A DNA stretch of 64,000 nucleotides from Pseudomonas phage PaBG. The stretch is taken from the sequence record KF147891.1; one strand, given 5' to 3'. Below the pieces are notes generated by a model, which was not told the origin of the DNA, did no database searches, and was given only the letters and a program-made list of their open reading frames with translations. Positions 1-8,798 of this stretch are shown here, piece by piece; the stretch's first letter is position 1, and every line of letters starts with the position of its first letter. A program made the position numbers and the translations under genes.

Positions 1-866
1 CGGCACCGGTGACGGTAGCGCTGACTTGCGCGGTATCGCCGATGGTCAGTGCAGCTTGACCGTTCGGGTAGTTCACCGAGATGGTGCTGATGGTCGGTAC
101 GGCCTGGTTCAGAGTGATGCTGTTGTCGGAGACTTTGACGGCACCGTCGGTACCCAGAGCGTTCTGTGCGGTGAGCGATACCGCTTGCGAGCCAGTACGG
201 TTCGCCACGACAAACGTGCCGCTGAAGGTCTTGAAGCCTGCGCCTGCGCTGTCATTCGCACCGAAGGTGGAAATGTTGCCGGAGGCAGCAGCACCCGAGT
301 TGGCGACGGCGATAGACACGGCACCGTTGGCCACGACGCCGGTGATCGGCATAACGTCGCCTGCTTTGGCTTCGGTCTGGCTGCCCGGGTAGGCGCCGAT
401 GGTCGCAGTGGAGATCACAGGACCTTCGGTAGCTACGGTCAGGGTCACCGTGTAGGTAGCACCAGTGTCGGACTCTACGGTGATGTCACCGCTCTCAGCC
501 ATCACGATGTCTGCCGTACCCTGGAACAGATCGTTACCGCCAGCTACGGCAGTGAAGTTGGCGATGGCCGTGCCGTTCACAGTCACGTTGGGTGCCAGGA
601 ACAACGCACCTTGAGCGAGTACAGTCACGCGGACGTTCTCGGTGTCGGATACGGCGCTGACCAGCAGCTTGTTGGCGGGAACCGTGGGTGCGTAGACTTT
701 CTGGGCAACAATGCCAGAACCCGACGGTACGATGTCTGCAACGAACGCGGGCTTCACAGGCGCGCGAGCGTCGAGGTCTTGAAGACGCACACCGTGACTC
801 GGGTCGCTAGGCGCCTTAGTCAAAGTGAGGTCACCAATGACCTTGGGATTGTGGATTTCAGGCATG
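1..866 (-). CDS. virion structural protein, fibre-like, partial (continues beyond left edge)
   Basis: The minus-strand ATG at 866 has an AGGAGAG Shine-Dalgarno, and the frame is open to position 1 with strong GC3 bias. Translation starts MPEIHNPKVIGDLTLTKAPSDP and is rich in T/V/G/A/N repeats with beta-strand character, typical of tail-fibre or decoration proteins. The plus ORF 26..910 is the antisense artefact. Confidence 0.6.
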
Positions 867-960
867 AAAAGCTCTCCTGTCGAGGTCGTAGTGGAATACT
901 ACACCAGTAAATTACGACAGGTAAAACAAAAAGACCCAGCCGAAGCCAGGTCTTTTGGTG

Positions 961-1326
961 TTAGCCTTTCAGCGTAACGACGATGCGGATGCCGGACTGC
1001 GTGAGCTCCGTCGGAACATCCGTCAGCAGCTTGTGCAGGCTTTCTTCGACTTCGGACATCTGATCAAACAGTCGTTGGCGCTCGATCTGGGTCGTTGCTC
1101 GTTCCAGGTCCTGCTTCAACCGAAGGTTCTTTTGCTCCAGATCACGCTGCTTGACATCGCGCTGCACGATGTAGTCACCCAGGAACTGCTTTGCTTCGGC
1201 ATGCGCCAGCAGCGCTTGGAGTTCCGGGCGAGTCAGGTGGATCGCTTTGACCGTGGAGCGGGAGTTCATGCAGCTTTGCAGCAACTGGCGAAACTCCTGG
1301 CTGATGTCATTGTAGACGATACGCAT
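961..1326 (-). CDS. hypothetical coiled-coil protein
   Basis: 121 aa with a GAGGTAG Shine-Dalgarno and heptad-like charged sequence. The overlapping plus ORF 955..1647 is L/R-rich antisense junk. Confidence 0.6.
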   Translation of the reverse strand: MRIVYNDISQEFRQLLQSCMNSRSTVKAIHLTRPELQALLAHAEAKQFLGDYIVQRDVKQRDLEQKNLRLKQDLERATTQIERQRLFDQMSEVEESLHKLLTDVPTELTQSGIRIVVTLKG

Positions 1327-1329
1327 TGG

Positions 1330-1512
1330 CTACCTCAGGTAAGTCGAAGGGTTTTCGGAGAGATACCGCGACTTCGGCTTACCGAGGAGCGGCTTGCGCT
1401 TGACGAACATGGAGTGGCGTTGTGCGTGTACCGTACCCAGAGGATCGGATTGCTTGACACCCCAAATCAAGTCGCCGGAAAGGAAACTACGAGAACTGAA
1501 CTCACTCGCCAT
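1330..1512 (-). CDS. small hypothetical protein
   Basis: 60 aa with a GGGAG Shine-Dalgarno, tightly packed between neighbouring minus-strand genes. Confidence 0.4.
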   Translation of the reverse strand: MASEFSSRSFLSGDLIWGVKQSDPLGTVHAQRHSMFVKRKPLLGKPKSRYLSENPSTYLR

Positions 1513-1822
1513 GATTTTGCTCCCAGGTTAGGCCAACTTTATCAGCCTTCTGTGTGTACACGGAACCCATGCACACGTAATCGTCTTCCACCGTGTGCGA
1601 GGAGTCGTTCCAGATTTCCTCGATCTGGAATTGCTGCAGGTCTTTAACGATGCGCAATGCCAAACCGATATGCTGCTGTTCTGGCTGCATCGTGTCAAAC
1701 ACAGCAGCGCGAATCTGTTCGTCTGTCGCTGGCCACTTATCAATCTGCCACAGACTCAGGCCTTTGCCGAGTTCGTAGTAGGTCTTCTTCGTGTGGTTAA
1801 TCGCGTAGTAGAGCACACCCAT
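1502..1822 (-). CDS. hypothetical protein
   Basis: 106 aa with an AAGAGG Shine-Dalgarno 6 nt upstream of the ATG. Confidence 0.6.
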   Translation of the reverse strand: MGVLYYAINHTKKTYYELGKGLSLWQIDKWPATDEQIRAAVFDTMQPEQQHIGLALRIVKDLQQFQIEEIWNDSSHTVEDDYVCMGSVYTQKADKVGLTWEQNHGE

Positions 1823-1831
1823 GATGACCTC

Positions 1832-2530
1832 TTAGTTGTGGCAGCCTCTGGCGCACTCGTCTCCAGTGAACACAGGTCTGCCCAAGCCTGTGCGCTGCTT
1901 TGGATCACGGGCATCACACCGAGCTATGTATCCGTGGATGGCGGCGTACACGTCCGTGAACGACTCGCCGTTCGGGATTCCATTGACTCCGTACCAGTAA
2001 ACGCAGTATTCACCGCGCTCGTAGCGAAGGAACACGTAGCCGTCGTCTTTGACGTGATCCATGCCCTTGGTAACAAGGCAATGCAGAACATCACGAATGT
2101 CGGGATCGTTGGATGTCCAGGGCGTTCGTGAGATAAAGGCGCGCGTCGCTTTACGCAGTTGCTCGCTCGTCGGAGGGATCGGGCGTACCCACTTCTTCCG
2201 CCGATAGTCATATCCAACGGCAGAGTAAAATTCCCAGATAGACGAATGCACGAACATTGGCAACTGGCGTCTCGGATTGACCTCTGGGGCATATACTCGA
2301 TCCCCGCCTTGCATATCGATTTCCCACTCACTCTCTGTACGAAGAGACACACGATAGCCTTGAATCCTACCGAGGAATGCCAGCTTGGCATTCCGCTCGC
2401 TGAATGCGTTGTAGCTGCCGATTGCCCGATAATGGCTTTGCTCAGGCGTGGGCTCCATGGTGAACTTGTGGACTTCTACTTCATCACCATGCAGCCAGAC
2501 GAGTGCGTAGTACCAACGTGGCTCTATCAT
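1832..2530 (-). CDS. hypothetical protein
   Basis: 232 aa with a GGTGAGGAC Shine-Dalgarno. Its ATG overlaps the upstream stop in an ATGA arrangement, indicating translational coupling. Confidence 0.65.
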   Translation of the reverse strand: MIEPRWYYALVWLHGDEVEVHKFTMEPTPEQSHYRAIGSYNAFSERNAKLAFLGRIQGYRVSLRTESEWEIDMQGGDRVYAPEVNPRRQLPMFVHSSIWEFYSAVGYDYRRKKWVRPIPPTSEQLRKATRAFISRTPWTSNDPDIRDVLHCLVTKGMDHVKDDGYVFLRYERGEYCVYWYGVNGIPNGESFTDVYAAIHGYIARCDARDPKQRTGLGRPVFTGDECARGCHN

Positions 2531-2928
2531 GGCTTGAAGTCCTCACCGTCTTTCAGGAAGCGCTTGCGTTTGATGTCGTAGCGAATGGCGTGGTAGAACT
2601 CAGCAAGGTTCGCGTGCTTGAACCGCGGCAGGTCTGCGAACATGAGCGGCAGCTCCATAGCGAACACTGCGTCGACCTCTGCCCAATTCGTGCGAACGCT
2701 CTTAAACGTCGCGGGCAACTGCCACCCATTGCCTGCCTTCTGCGACTTCGCCAACTGTGCAGAAAAGGCTCTGCGCATTCGCTGACGGAACGCACTGTAC
2801 GAGCGATAAGTGTTGTTGACACCATTGACTCGCCCAAACGGAGGCAGCTCAAAGAAATGGAGTTCCTTGTGCTTACCTCCTACGGAGACTATGGCGTAGA
2901 TGGTGTTCTCGGTGAACTGTTCTTCCAT
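2527..2928 (-). CDS. hypothetical protein
   Basis: Start moved to the internal ATG (MEEQFTENTIY) because it sits 6 nt after an AAGGAG and does not overlap the upstream gene; 133 aa. Confidence 0.55.
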   Translation of the reverse strand: MEEQFTENTIYAIVSVGGKHKELHFFELPPFGRVNGVNNTYRSYSAFRQRMRRAFSAQLAKSQKAGNGWQLPATFKSVRTNWAEVDAVFAMELPLMFADLPRFKHANLAEFYHAIRYDIKRKRFLKDGEDFKP

Positions 2929-2938
2929 GTTGGTCTCC

Positions 2939-3748
2939 TTAACCGTTGGTCTCGGAGCGCGCACATTCGATCCGATGAACTTGCGCAATTTTCTCGAAGC
3001 GGTTCTTGCCAACGACCAGCATATCGTTGCCGTTGATGACAGTCTTGCGGTTGCCCTCGACAAGCATCGTCTGGTCGCCAGTGACGTGGATGTGGCGGTT
3101 ACCAGCTTGTGCTGGACCGAGCAAACCAGTGAACTCGATTTCCTTGGCAGGCTTCGGCGACAGGCGGCTGAGCACCGTATCAGGTGCGTTCAGCAGATAG
3201 CCGGAAATCAAACCCTTGGTGTCGGAGACGACGAGCTGCTGGTTGCCGACGATGTACTGGTTAACGTCACCCAGGATCGTGATGTCCACGTCGCCTGGGT
3301 TGTTGAAGAAGATTTCGTTGGTCTTTGTATCGATGATGATGTACATGCCGTTGCTGAACTTCACAACGGCGCGGTCTGGGTAGTTCTTCTTGCGTTCAGG
3401 AAGAGCCACCTGCTCATCGACGGTGTACGGACCCCAGACACACCGATGCGGGTCAGCAGTTGGGAAGCGCAGACCTACCTTGTGCTTGTTCTTCGGTACC
3501 ATGAACGTACCGGCGCGATCCGTTGCATCGCCTCCCGGGTTGTATGCACCATCAGCGTGATGATACATAGGAACAGCCCAAGGCAGATGATCGTCAGGGA
3601 TGCCATCAAACACCCCGTCAATACGAGCCTGTATGCGACCGAGTTGTCGGGGATCGTTGTTATTAACCACATGTGCTTCATAGGTCATCTTTGGGTCAAG
3701 CCCCTGTTGGGACATGAACCGAGTAATGTTGAGTGGGCCACCAGCCAT
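2939..3748 (-). CDS. baseplate spike / central hub-like protein (gpV/gp5 family-like)
   Basis: 269 aa. Beta-helix-like repeats (ITILGDVNQYIVGNQQLVV, VTGDQTMLVEGNRKTVINGNDMLVVG) and its position in the morphogenesis block support the call. Family assignment is from memory, not a search. Confidence 0.4.
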   Translation of the reverse strand: MAGGPLNITRFMSQQGLDPKMTYEAHVVNNNDPRQLGRIQARIDGVFDGIPDDHLPWAVPMYHHADGAYNPGGDATDRAGTFMVPKNKHKVGLRFPTADPHRCVWGPYTVDEQVALPERKKNYPDRAVVKFSNGMYIIIDTKTNEIFFNNPGDVDITILGDVNQYIVGNQQLVVSDTKGLISGYLLNAPDTVLSRLSPKPAKEIEFTGLLGPAQAGNRHIHVTGDQTMLVEGNRKTVINGNDMLVVGKNRFEKIAQVHRIECARSETNG

Positions 3749-3960
3749 TATCGCACCATTTCGACAGTGGCGATCAAGTCGTCAATGTCGCCTTTAAGGA
3801 CGTACTCTTTCAGGTTGTTGAGCACGGCCTCATACAGCGTTTGGTCGGCACGGGCAGTCTCAACGAGTTTGGCAGTTGCCAGGGAGAACTGCCCTTCCTG
3901 TATCAGGTTCGACACTTGGCGGGTGAGTTCTAGTACGGCATTCGCAGATTCAGCAGTCAT
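3748..3960 (-). CDS. small hypothetical protein
   Basis: 70 aa; its stop overlaps the next start in a TAATG arrangement. Confidence 0.5.
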   Translation of the reverse strand: MTAESANAVLELTRQVSNLIQEGQFSLATAKLVETARADQTLYEAVLNNLKEYVLKGDIDDLIATVEMVR

Positions 3961-4592
3961 GATGCTTCCAATTCCATAGCGTCACAGGTGACAAAGGCTT
4001 TTCGCCGATGCCGGACGACGTTCACGATGCACACGTCGAAGCCGTGTGCCATGCCGATCGTGTGCAACACGCGCTCGAACGATGCTCTGATCGTTGGATG
4101 CGCCAGATTGTCTGGAGTGAACTTGGCGAGTTCGCCTGTACGAATCTTCGACCGATACACGCGGTCCAGTACGTCTTCGCCCGTATGGATGATCAACGGG
4201 TTTCGGCTGGACGGTAGTTGCAAGTAGTCGCTCATTGGCTCGGAGTTCGCAGGTGTAACAAACACGCTGCGCAAGCCCGGAAGGCGCACGTCAAAGTCTT
4301 CGTAGTTCTCGCTCACGGAACCCATATACAGGCGCAAGGCATGTTTCAGGATTCGTTTCTTGTTGTGCTTTCGTCGGCACGCCAAAAACATGACGGCCAG
4401 ATTCTCAGGCAACGCCAGGAAGGACACGTTCCTGGACTGCAAATAGTCCATGATGACCTTACGGCGATGCACCATGTCGTAAAAGATGGAAGCATAGACG
4501 TCGGTCGTGACGAATATCGGTACGACCAACACATCGGCCGCCTGGAAGAGGTCGGCCGGATTGATCGGCTCGTAAATGATCTTGACCTGCAT
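3957..4592 (-). CDS. hypothetical protein
   Basis: 211 aa with a GGGAGAAG Shine-Dalgarno. Confidence 0.6.
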   Translation of the reverse strand: MQVKIIYEPINPADLFQAADVLVVPIFVTTDVYASIFYDMVHRRKVIMDYLQSRNVSFLALPENLAVMFLACRRKHNKKRILKHALRLYMGSVSENYEDFDVRLPGLRSVFVTPANSEPMSDYLQLPSSRNPLIIHTGEDVLDRVYRSKIRTGELAKFTPDNLAHPTIRASFERVLHTIGMAHGFDVCIVNVVRHRRKAFVTCDAMELEAS

Positions 4593-4645
4593 AGTTCTTC
4601 TCCCACCGGTCCTACTGCGGAGAAATTACTTGCAGGTCAAGTAAT

Positions 4646-4984
4646 TCACGGTGCAAAGTCGGCGATTACGTTCCAGATGATGCGCCCGCGTAAGTCCAGC
4701 GGCGCGGTTGCGTAGTTCCAATAGAAGCGGTCGGACGTCTCGTCTGATCGGCACTCCTCATCGCTCAACCCTTTGTAGGTGATGATGGCGATGTCACTGT
4801 TCATGTACTTCACGTACAGGCGGCGCTGCTCCTCAGTGAGCTTCGCTTCACACCGCGCGATCAGGTTGAGGTCATACGGCGTAGGCGATTCGGTTGGCGA
4901 CAGATCGTGCAGGACGTTCGCCAGAAGCCAAGCTACCTTCTCCTCTGTGGAATATTCGTGCCACTGTGTAACTGTCGAGGTCAT
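4646..4984 (-). CDS. hypothetical protein
   Basis: 112 aa; ATGA overlap with the upstream gene. Confidence 0.55.
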   Translation of the reverse strand: MTSTVTQWHEYSTEEKVAWLLANVLHDLSPTESPTPYDLNLIARCEAKLTEEQRRLYVKYMNSDIAIITYKGLSDEECRSDETSDRFYWNYATAPLDLRGRIIWNVIADFAP

Positions 4985-5373
4985 TCTTCTGTCTCCCCGA
5001 TGTCGCCAGCCAGTACGGAGATGGCCTCTTTAAAGGCACCCCAGTCCATGAGACGTTGTGTGAATCGGCGAGCAACCTGCCCGACAGTAGCGTACACCAG
5101 CAAGGCGTCAAACTCGTTGGACACATGCGACAAGGGCGTGCGATGTTTGCCTTGTGAATCGCAGCGCACCATAGAAACTTCCATGGTGAACGCAGGCCCG
5201 TCTTCCACAAACGTCACACCCACTTTGAGGGTTTCGTTCGTGGTGTTGATCAGGAACGAACACTTGTGGCGAAGTTCATCCAGAGGGATTTTCGCCATGT
5301 CTTCGATGTGGAAGCTGTCCAACGCGGCACCCAGGGTGGTCACGTTAGTTTCTGTCTCGTTTGACTTCGGCAT
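4981..5373 (-). CDS. hypothetical protein
   Basis: 130 aa with an AGAGGAG Shine-Dalgarno. Confidence 0.55.
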   Translation of the reverse strand: MPKSNETETNVTTLGAALDSFHIEDMAKIPLDELRHKCSFLINTTNETLKVGVTFVEDGPAFTMEVSMVRCDSQGKHRTPLSHVSNEFDALLVYATVGQVARRFTQRLMDWGAFKEAISVLAGDIGETEE

Positions 5374-5896
5374 AGAAGTACAACTCCTCTTGTTTCACAT
5401 GTGCCATGCGATACTTGGTAATCGCAACGCCCGGTCCTTTCTCATCGTCACGGTGCTCCATGAGCAGCTTGCCGTGGATGTTCTTACCGTCACCGTTGCG
5501 GCCAGTACCAAAATAATCGTCCCAGGGCGCGTCTTCGATCAACTTGGCGTTGCCGGTTTCAGTCAACCAACGCTGGAGTAGCGGGTTCTGATGGAACTGA
5601 TAGCGGATCGCTTCGCGCATGATGTCCTTGCGCCGAGCATCGAAGCCTTCGACAATCGGACAGCCGGATTTGGCGCTGCCAAAGTATTTCGCACGGCTGC
5701 CTTCACTGGCGTTGATGATCAGGCTACGGAACGCCTTGTCCTTGGTCTTGTGTGCTTGGTAATAGTGTTCGCGCGAACGGAACAGCACCAGCTTCTTACC
5801 CAAGGGAGCAATGAAGGGTGCTTGGAAGAACGCGCTCAACCATGCGTATTCGTACACACGGCTGTTGAAGCGAATCTCTTTAACCTTCTTGGCCAT
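5345..5896 (-). CDS. NADAR-domain protein (YbiA-like; candidate ADP-ribosyl glycohydrolase / anti-defence)
   Basis: Start set at MAKKVKEIRF, which has a GAGGAG Shine-Dalgarno. Motifs REHYYQAHKT and AKLIEDAPWDDYFGTGRNGDGKNIHGKLLMEHR match the YbiA/NADAR family signatures E-x-Y-x-Q-x-x-K and the W-G-x-G-x-x-G-x-N-x-L-G block. Confidence 0.75.
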   Translation of the reverse strand: MAKKVKEIRFNSRVYEYAWLSAFFQAPFIAPLGKKLVLFRSREHYYQAHKTKDKAFRSLIINASEGSRAKYFGSAKSGCPIVEGFDARRKDIMREAIRYQFHQNPLLQRWLTETGNAKLIEDAPWDDYFGTGRNGDGKNIHGKLLMEHRDDEKGPGVAITKYRMAHVKQEELYFYAEVKRDRN

Positions 5897-6143
5897 CGAA
5901 CGGCTCCTCGTGCGCAACGGTGAGTTTGATTTGCACATGCTCCGCAGGCTTCAACACCTGAAGTTGCGTATTGGCTCCACGAAGTGCGCGTTCGCGGTTA
6001 AACGTGCCTCCGTTGCGGGTACAGCAGCCTTGGATAAAACCCACCAGCTTGGTTTGATCACCGCTCATTTCCGCATCTACGCGAAGGCGACGAATCTCTT
6101 CCAGATCGGCAGGAGTAACATAAACAACCATTGATTCGGACAT
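5880..6143 (-). CDS. hypothetical protein
   Basis: Start at MSESMVVYV, 7 nt after an AAGGAGG; 87 aa. An AAACTGTAAAA phage-promoter-like motif lies about 22 nt upstream. Confidence 0.5.
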   Translation of the reverse strand: MSESMVVYVTPADLEEIRRLRVDAEMSGDQTKLVGFIQGCCTRNGGTFNRERALRGANTQLQVLKPAEHVQIKLTVAHEEPFDGQEG

Positions 6144-6354
6144 GGGGAATCCTCCTTTGTGTAGTTTTACAGTTTCGGAGGCCAAAAAAAGGGCGACTAC
6201 CGTTAGGTAGCCACCCAAGTCGTAAGTCCCTCTCAGGACGAGCAGGCACGATCGGACGCGAAAGGAGTAACGCTCGCCGCCTTTCCGAAGCTCGCAGCAA
6301 CACCGGAAGTGGCGATTAACCGATCGTGCCTGCTCTTACTTCACGAAATTAGCA

Positions 6355-8232
6355 TCAGAACTCGATGTGACGAGCCTTGGTGCTGTGCGTAAGCGGAGTG
6401 CGTTGGTTGCGTGTGATGTCAGCCAACTGGCGTGCAATCTTGCGGTTGACACGCTCATTCGCCAGCTTCTGGTTTGGCAACCAGCGACGTTTGCCGTCGT
6501 GTGTCTCGCCAGCAACTTCCATTGCCTCGCCGAAATTGCGTTGAGCCAGTGCTTTCATGCGACCAGTACCTTCACTGAGCACGGAGCCACGAACGCCACG
6601 GTTGTAGTTCTCGTAGAACAGGTCAGTACGTGCCATTGCAGCAGCAAGTGCTTCGTCACCCCCGCCGGCAGAGTCACCTTCAGGCATGTACTCCTTCTTA
6701 ACGTCGGCGAGACGCTTCTGGTACTTGCCGATACGCTTGAGCAGCTCGAAGTCGTCTTCCTGGTCAGCGAGCAAGGCGTCGAGGTTGAACCCGCCGGCAG
6801 CAGCCATAGCGCGAAGAGGCACAGGAACGCCTTTCTCGGTCAGAGCTTGCAGCATATCGAGATACGCCTGATCGCCTTCAGGCTTGAGCTGCTTGGCCCA
6901 GTGCACCGACGGAATCAACAGGCGAGAACCGTCCTGCAGAATCTCATGGTTGGACATCGAATCAAACTTGTCCAGCATGTTGCCTTTGATGGACAGCTTG
7001 CCGCTACGGTTCACGGTGAATCCGTGCAGCGCCGACACCAGCGGGAAGATTTTGTTGTAGAACAGCTTCGTGGTGATCGTGTCACGATACGAACGCAGAG
7101 CTTCGATGAACACGGTCAGCGACGTGTCCGCGTTGGAGTACGTGGCCTCACCGCTCAGGAAGGACTCGGAGATACCCAGGGCGCGCAGCTTCATCGCCAT
7201 GGTTTGATCCCAGATGTCCGTTACCTTCCAGAAGTCACCACCTTGGCGAATCTCCTCAGTGCTAATACCCATACGGGTTGCGATAACCGCACCCAGTGGG
7301 TCAGCGTCAGCGTTCTGGAACAGCTCCATAGCCATCTGCATATCGGCCATGGTCGGTTCCCACTGGTCACCGTCACCCAAGGTGAGGTGCAGGATACCGC
7401 GCTGACGACGGGCCGACTCCACTAGCGTCCCGCGGAACAGGTTCTTTTCCAGCAGCCAGATTGGCAGGATGCGACGGAAGTACGACACACCAGTCGAATT
7501 GGTGAACGACTTGCGTGGGATGTAGATGGTCGACAGCGGGTCCAGCTCCAGTGCATCGTTACTGATCTGCTTGACGACTTCCGCACCAAGGTACTCGCGC
7601 AGCTTCTTGATCCGTGGACTGTCGCTGCCCATAACTGCCTTGTGGCTGTCAGGGAATGCCACAGTAATCAACGGGTCCTGCGAATAGAACGGCAGCGGAT
7701 CAACCTTGCAGTTCTCATACTGGTGACAGATGAGGTCTACGAAGGTGTTCTTCTGCGGGTTGTACAGCATGTTCGCAACGAACGCGCCAGTCACCTGGTG
7801 GTCAATGGACAACTCGGGCAGCAGCGTACGGATGTTCAGACGTTCGATCACTTCCTCGAACGCTGCACTCACCTTTGGGTTCTGAATGCCGCCGATGTTG
7901 AAGTCGGAGAACGGCAATGTGGACGTCAGGTCAACGCACGATCCACCGATCGGGTCGTTGTAGTAGATGTCCTTGTACAGGCGCATGATGAGCTTCTTTT
8001 GTTCAAGGTCTTCGGAGAAGACGATGTCCTTAAGAAGCGGATCAATGTCGATTTCCAGGGGGAGCGAGGACACGCTGGTGTTTTTCAGCGGAGTACCTGC
8101 GGTAGCCTCAAACCCTTTGCCGCCTTTGCCTCGACGACCTGTATCATGGACACCAATATCGCGTGACGAGGTTGTGCCTGTACTTTGCGGCGCACCCTGA
8201 TGGATGAAACTCTGTTTGGACTTGATGCGCAT
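6355..8232 (-). CDS. putative portal protein (large virion protein encoded downstream of terminase)
   Basis: 625 aa, real-looking coding sequence immediately following the terminase and a 184-aa gene. The size and position fit a portal, but no motif was verified. Confidence 0.35.
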   Translation of the reverse strand: MRIKSKQSFIHQGAPQSTGTTSSRDIGVHDTGRRGKGGKGFEATAGTPLKNTSVSSLPLEIDIDPLLKDIVFSEDLEQKKLIMRLYKDIYYNDPIGGSCVDLTSTLPFSDFNIGGIQNPKVSAAFEEVIERLNIRTLLPELSIDHQVTGAFVANMLYNPQKNTFVDLICHQYENCKVDPLPFYSQDPLITVAFPDSHKAVMGSDSPRIKKLREYLGAEVVKQISNDALELDPLSTIYIPRKSFTNSTGVSYFRRILPIWLLEKNLFRGTLVESARRQRGILHLTLGDGDQWEPTMADMQMAMELFQNADADPLGAVIATRMGISTEEIRQGGDFWKVTDIWDQTMAMKLRALGISESFLSGEATYSNADTSLTVFIEALRSYRDTITTKLFYNKIFPLVSALHGFTVNRSGKLSIKGNMLDKFDSMSNHEILQDGSRLLIPSVHWAKQLKPEGDQAYLDMLQALTEKGVPVPLRAMAAAGGFNLDALLADQEDDFELLKRIGKYQKRLADVKKEYMPEGDSAGGGDEALAAAMARTDLFYENYNRGVRGSVLSEGTGRMKALAQRNFGEAMEVAGETHDGKRRWLPNQKLANERVNRKIARQLADITRNQRTPLTHSTKARHIEF

Positions 8233-8239
8233 GATTACC

Positions 8240-8794
8240 TCAATCGCTGACCTTGTATTGCTTCTTCACTTCGCGGATGCGGTAGATGAAGAAACGACCT
8301 TGGCTCTCGGCGGCTTCGAGTTGCTTGGCGAGCTTCAAGGACACATCCTCGTAAACCCAGTGAACGTCGCTGTGGAAGACGACGTGTAGTTCCTTTGCCT
8401 TCTTGTCGAGCCAGGCGCGTGCCAGATTGGACGAGTCGATCTGTAGGACGTACAGGTTCGGATCGTTCTTGTCAGGCACATTGGAGGGCGTGCGCTTTCC
8501 CTTGCTGGATTTGACAGGAGCGTCAAGGCCACCCGTGCCCGCTTCAACAGGCACAGAACGAATCTTACCCTTCCAGCCTCTGGAGTTGTTGATAATGCGC
8601 TTGGCATCTTTTTCCTTGATCTTGAAGCGCACGTCGAGGTCGGAGCGCGCAACGACGTAGTGGTTGGCGCCGATCTTGCGATAGCCGAACTTGGCTTCTT
8701 TAACCAACTGGAGGTCGAACTCTGGATGATCAGTCACCAGCACCACATCGCGGCCCTGATACAGGAACCATTTATACCGTGAAATGTCGATCAT
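8240..8794 (-). CDS. hypothetical protein
   Basis: 184 aa with a TAGGTGAT Shine-Dalgarno. Confidence 0.55.
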   Translation of the reverse strand: MIDISRYKWFLYQGRDVVLVTDHPEFDLQLVKEAKFGYRKIGANHYVVARSDLDVRFKIKEKDAKRIINNSRGWKGKIRSVPVEAGTGGLDAPVKSSKGKRTPSNVPDKNDPNLYVLQIDSSNLARAWLDKKAKELHVVFHSDVHWVYEDVSLKLAKQLEAAESQGRFFIYRIREVKKQYKVSD

Positions 8795-8798
8795 GTTA

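Noticed and set aside
26-910. 294-aa plus-strand ORF at the left edge
   Set aside because: It is antisense to the real minus-strand structural gene, which has a Shine-Dalgarno, GC3 bias and a protein-like sequence. The plus-frame product is a G/R/V-rich low-complexity string typical of high-GC antisense frames.
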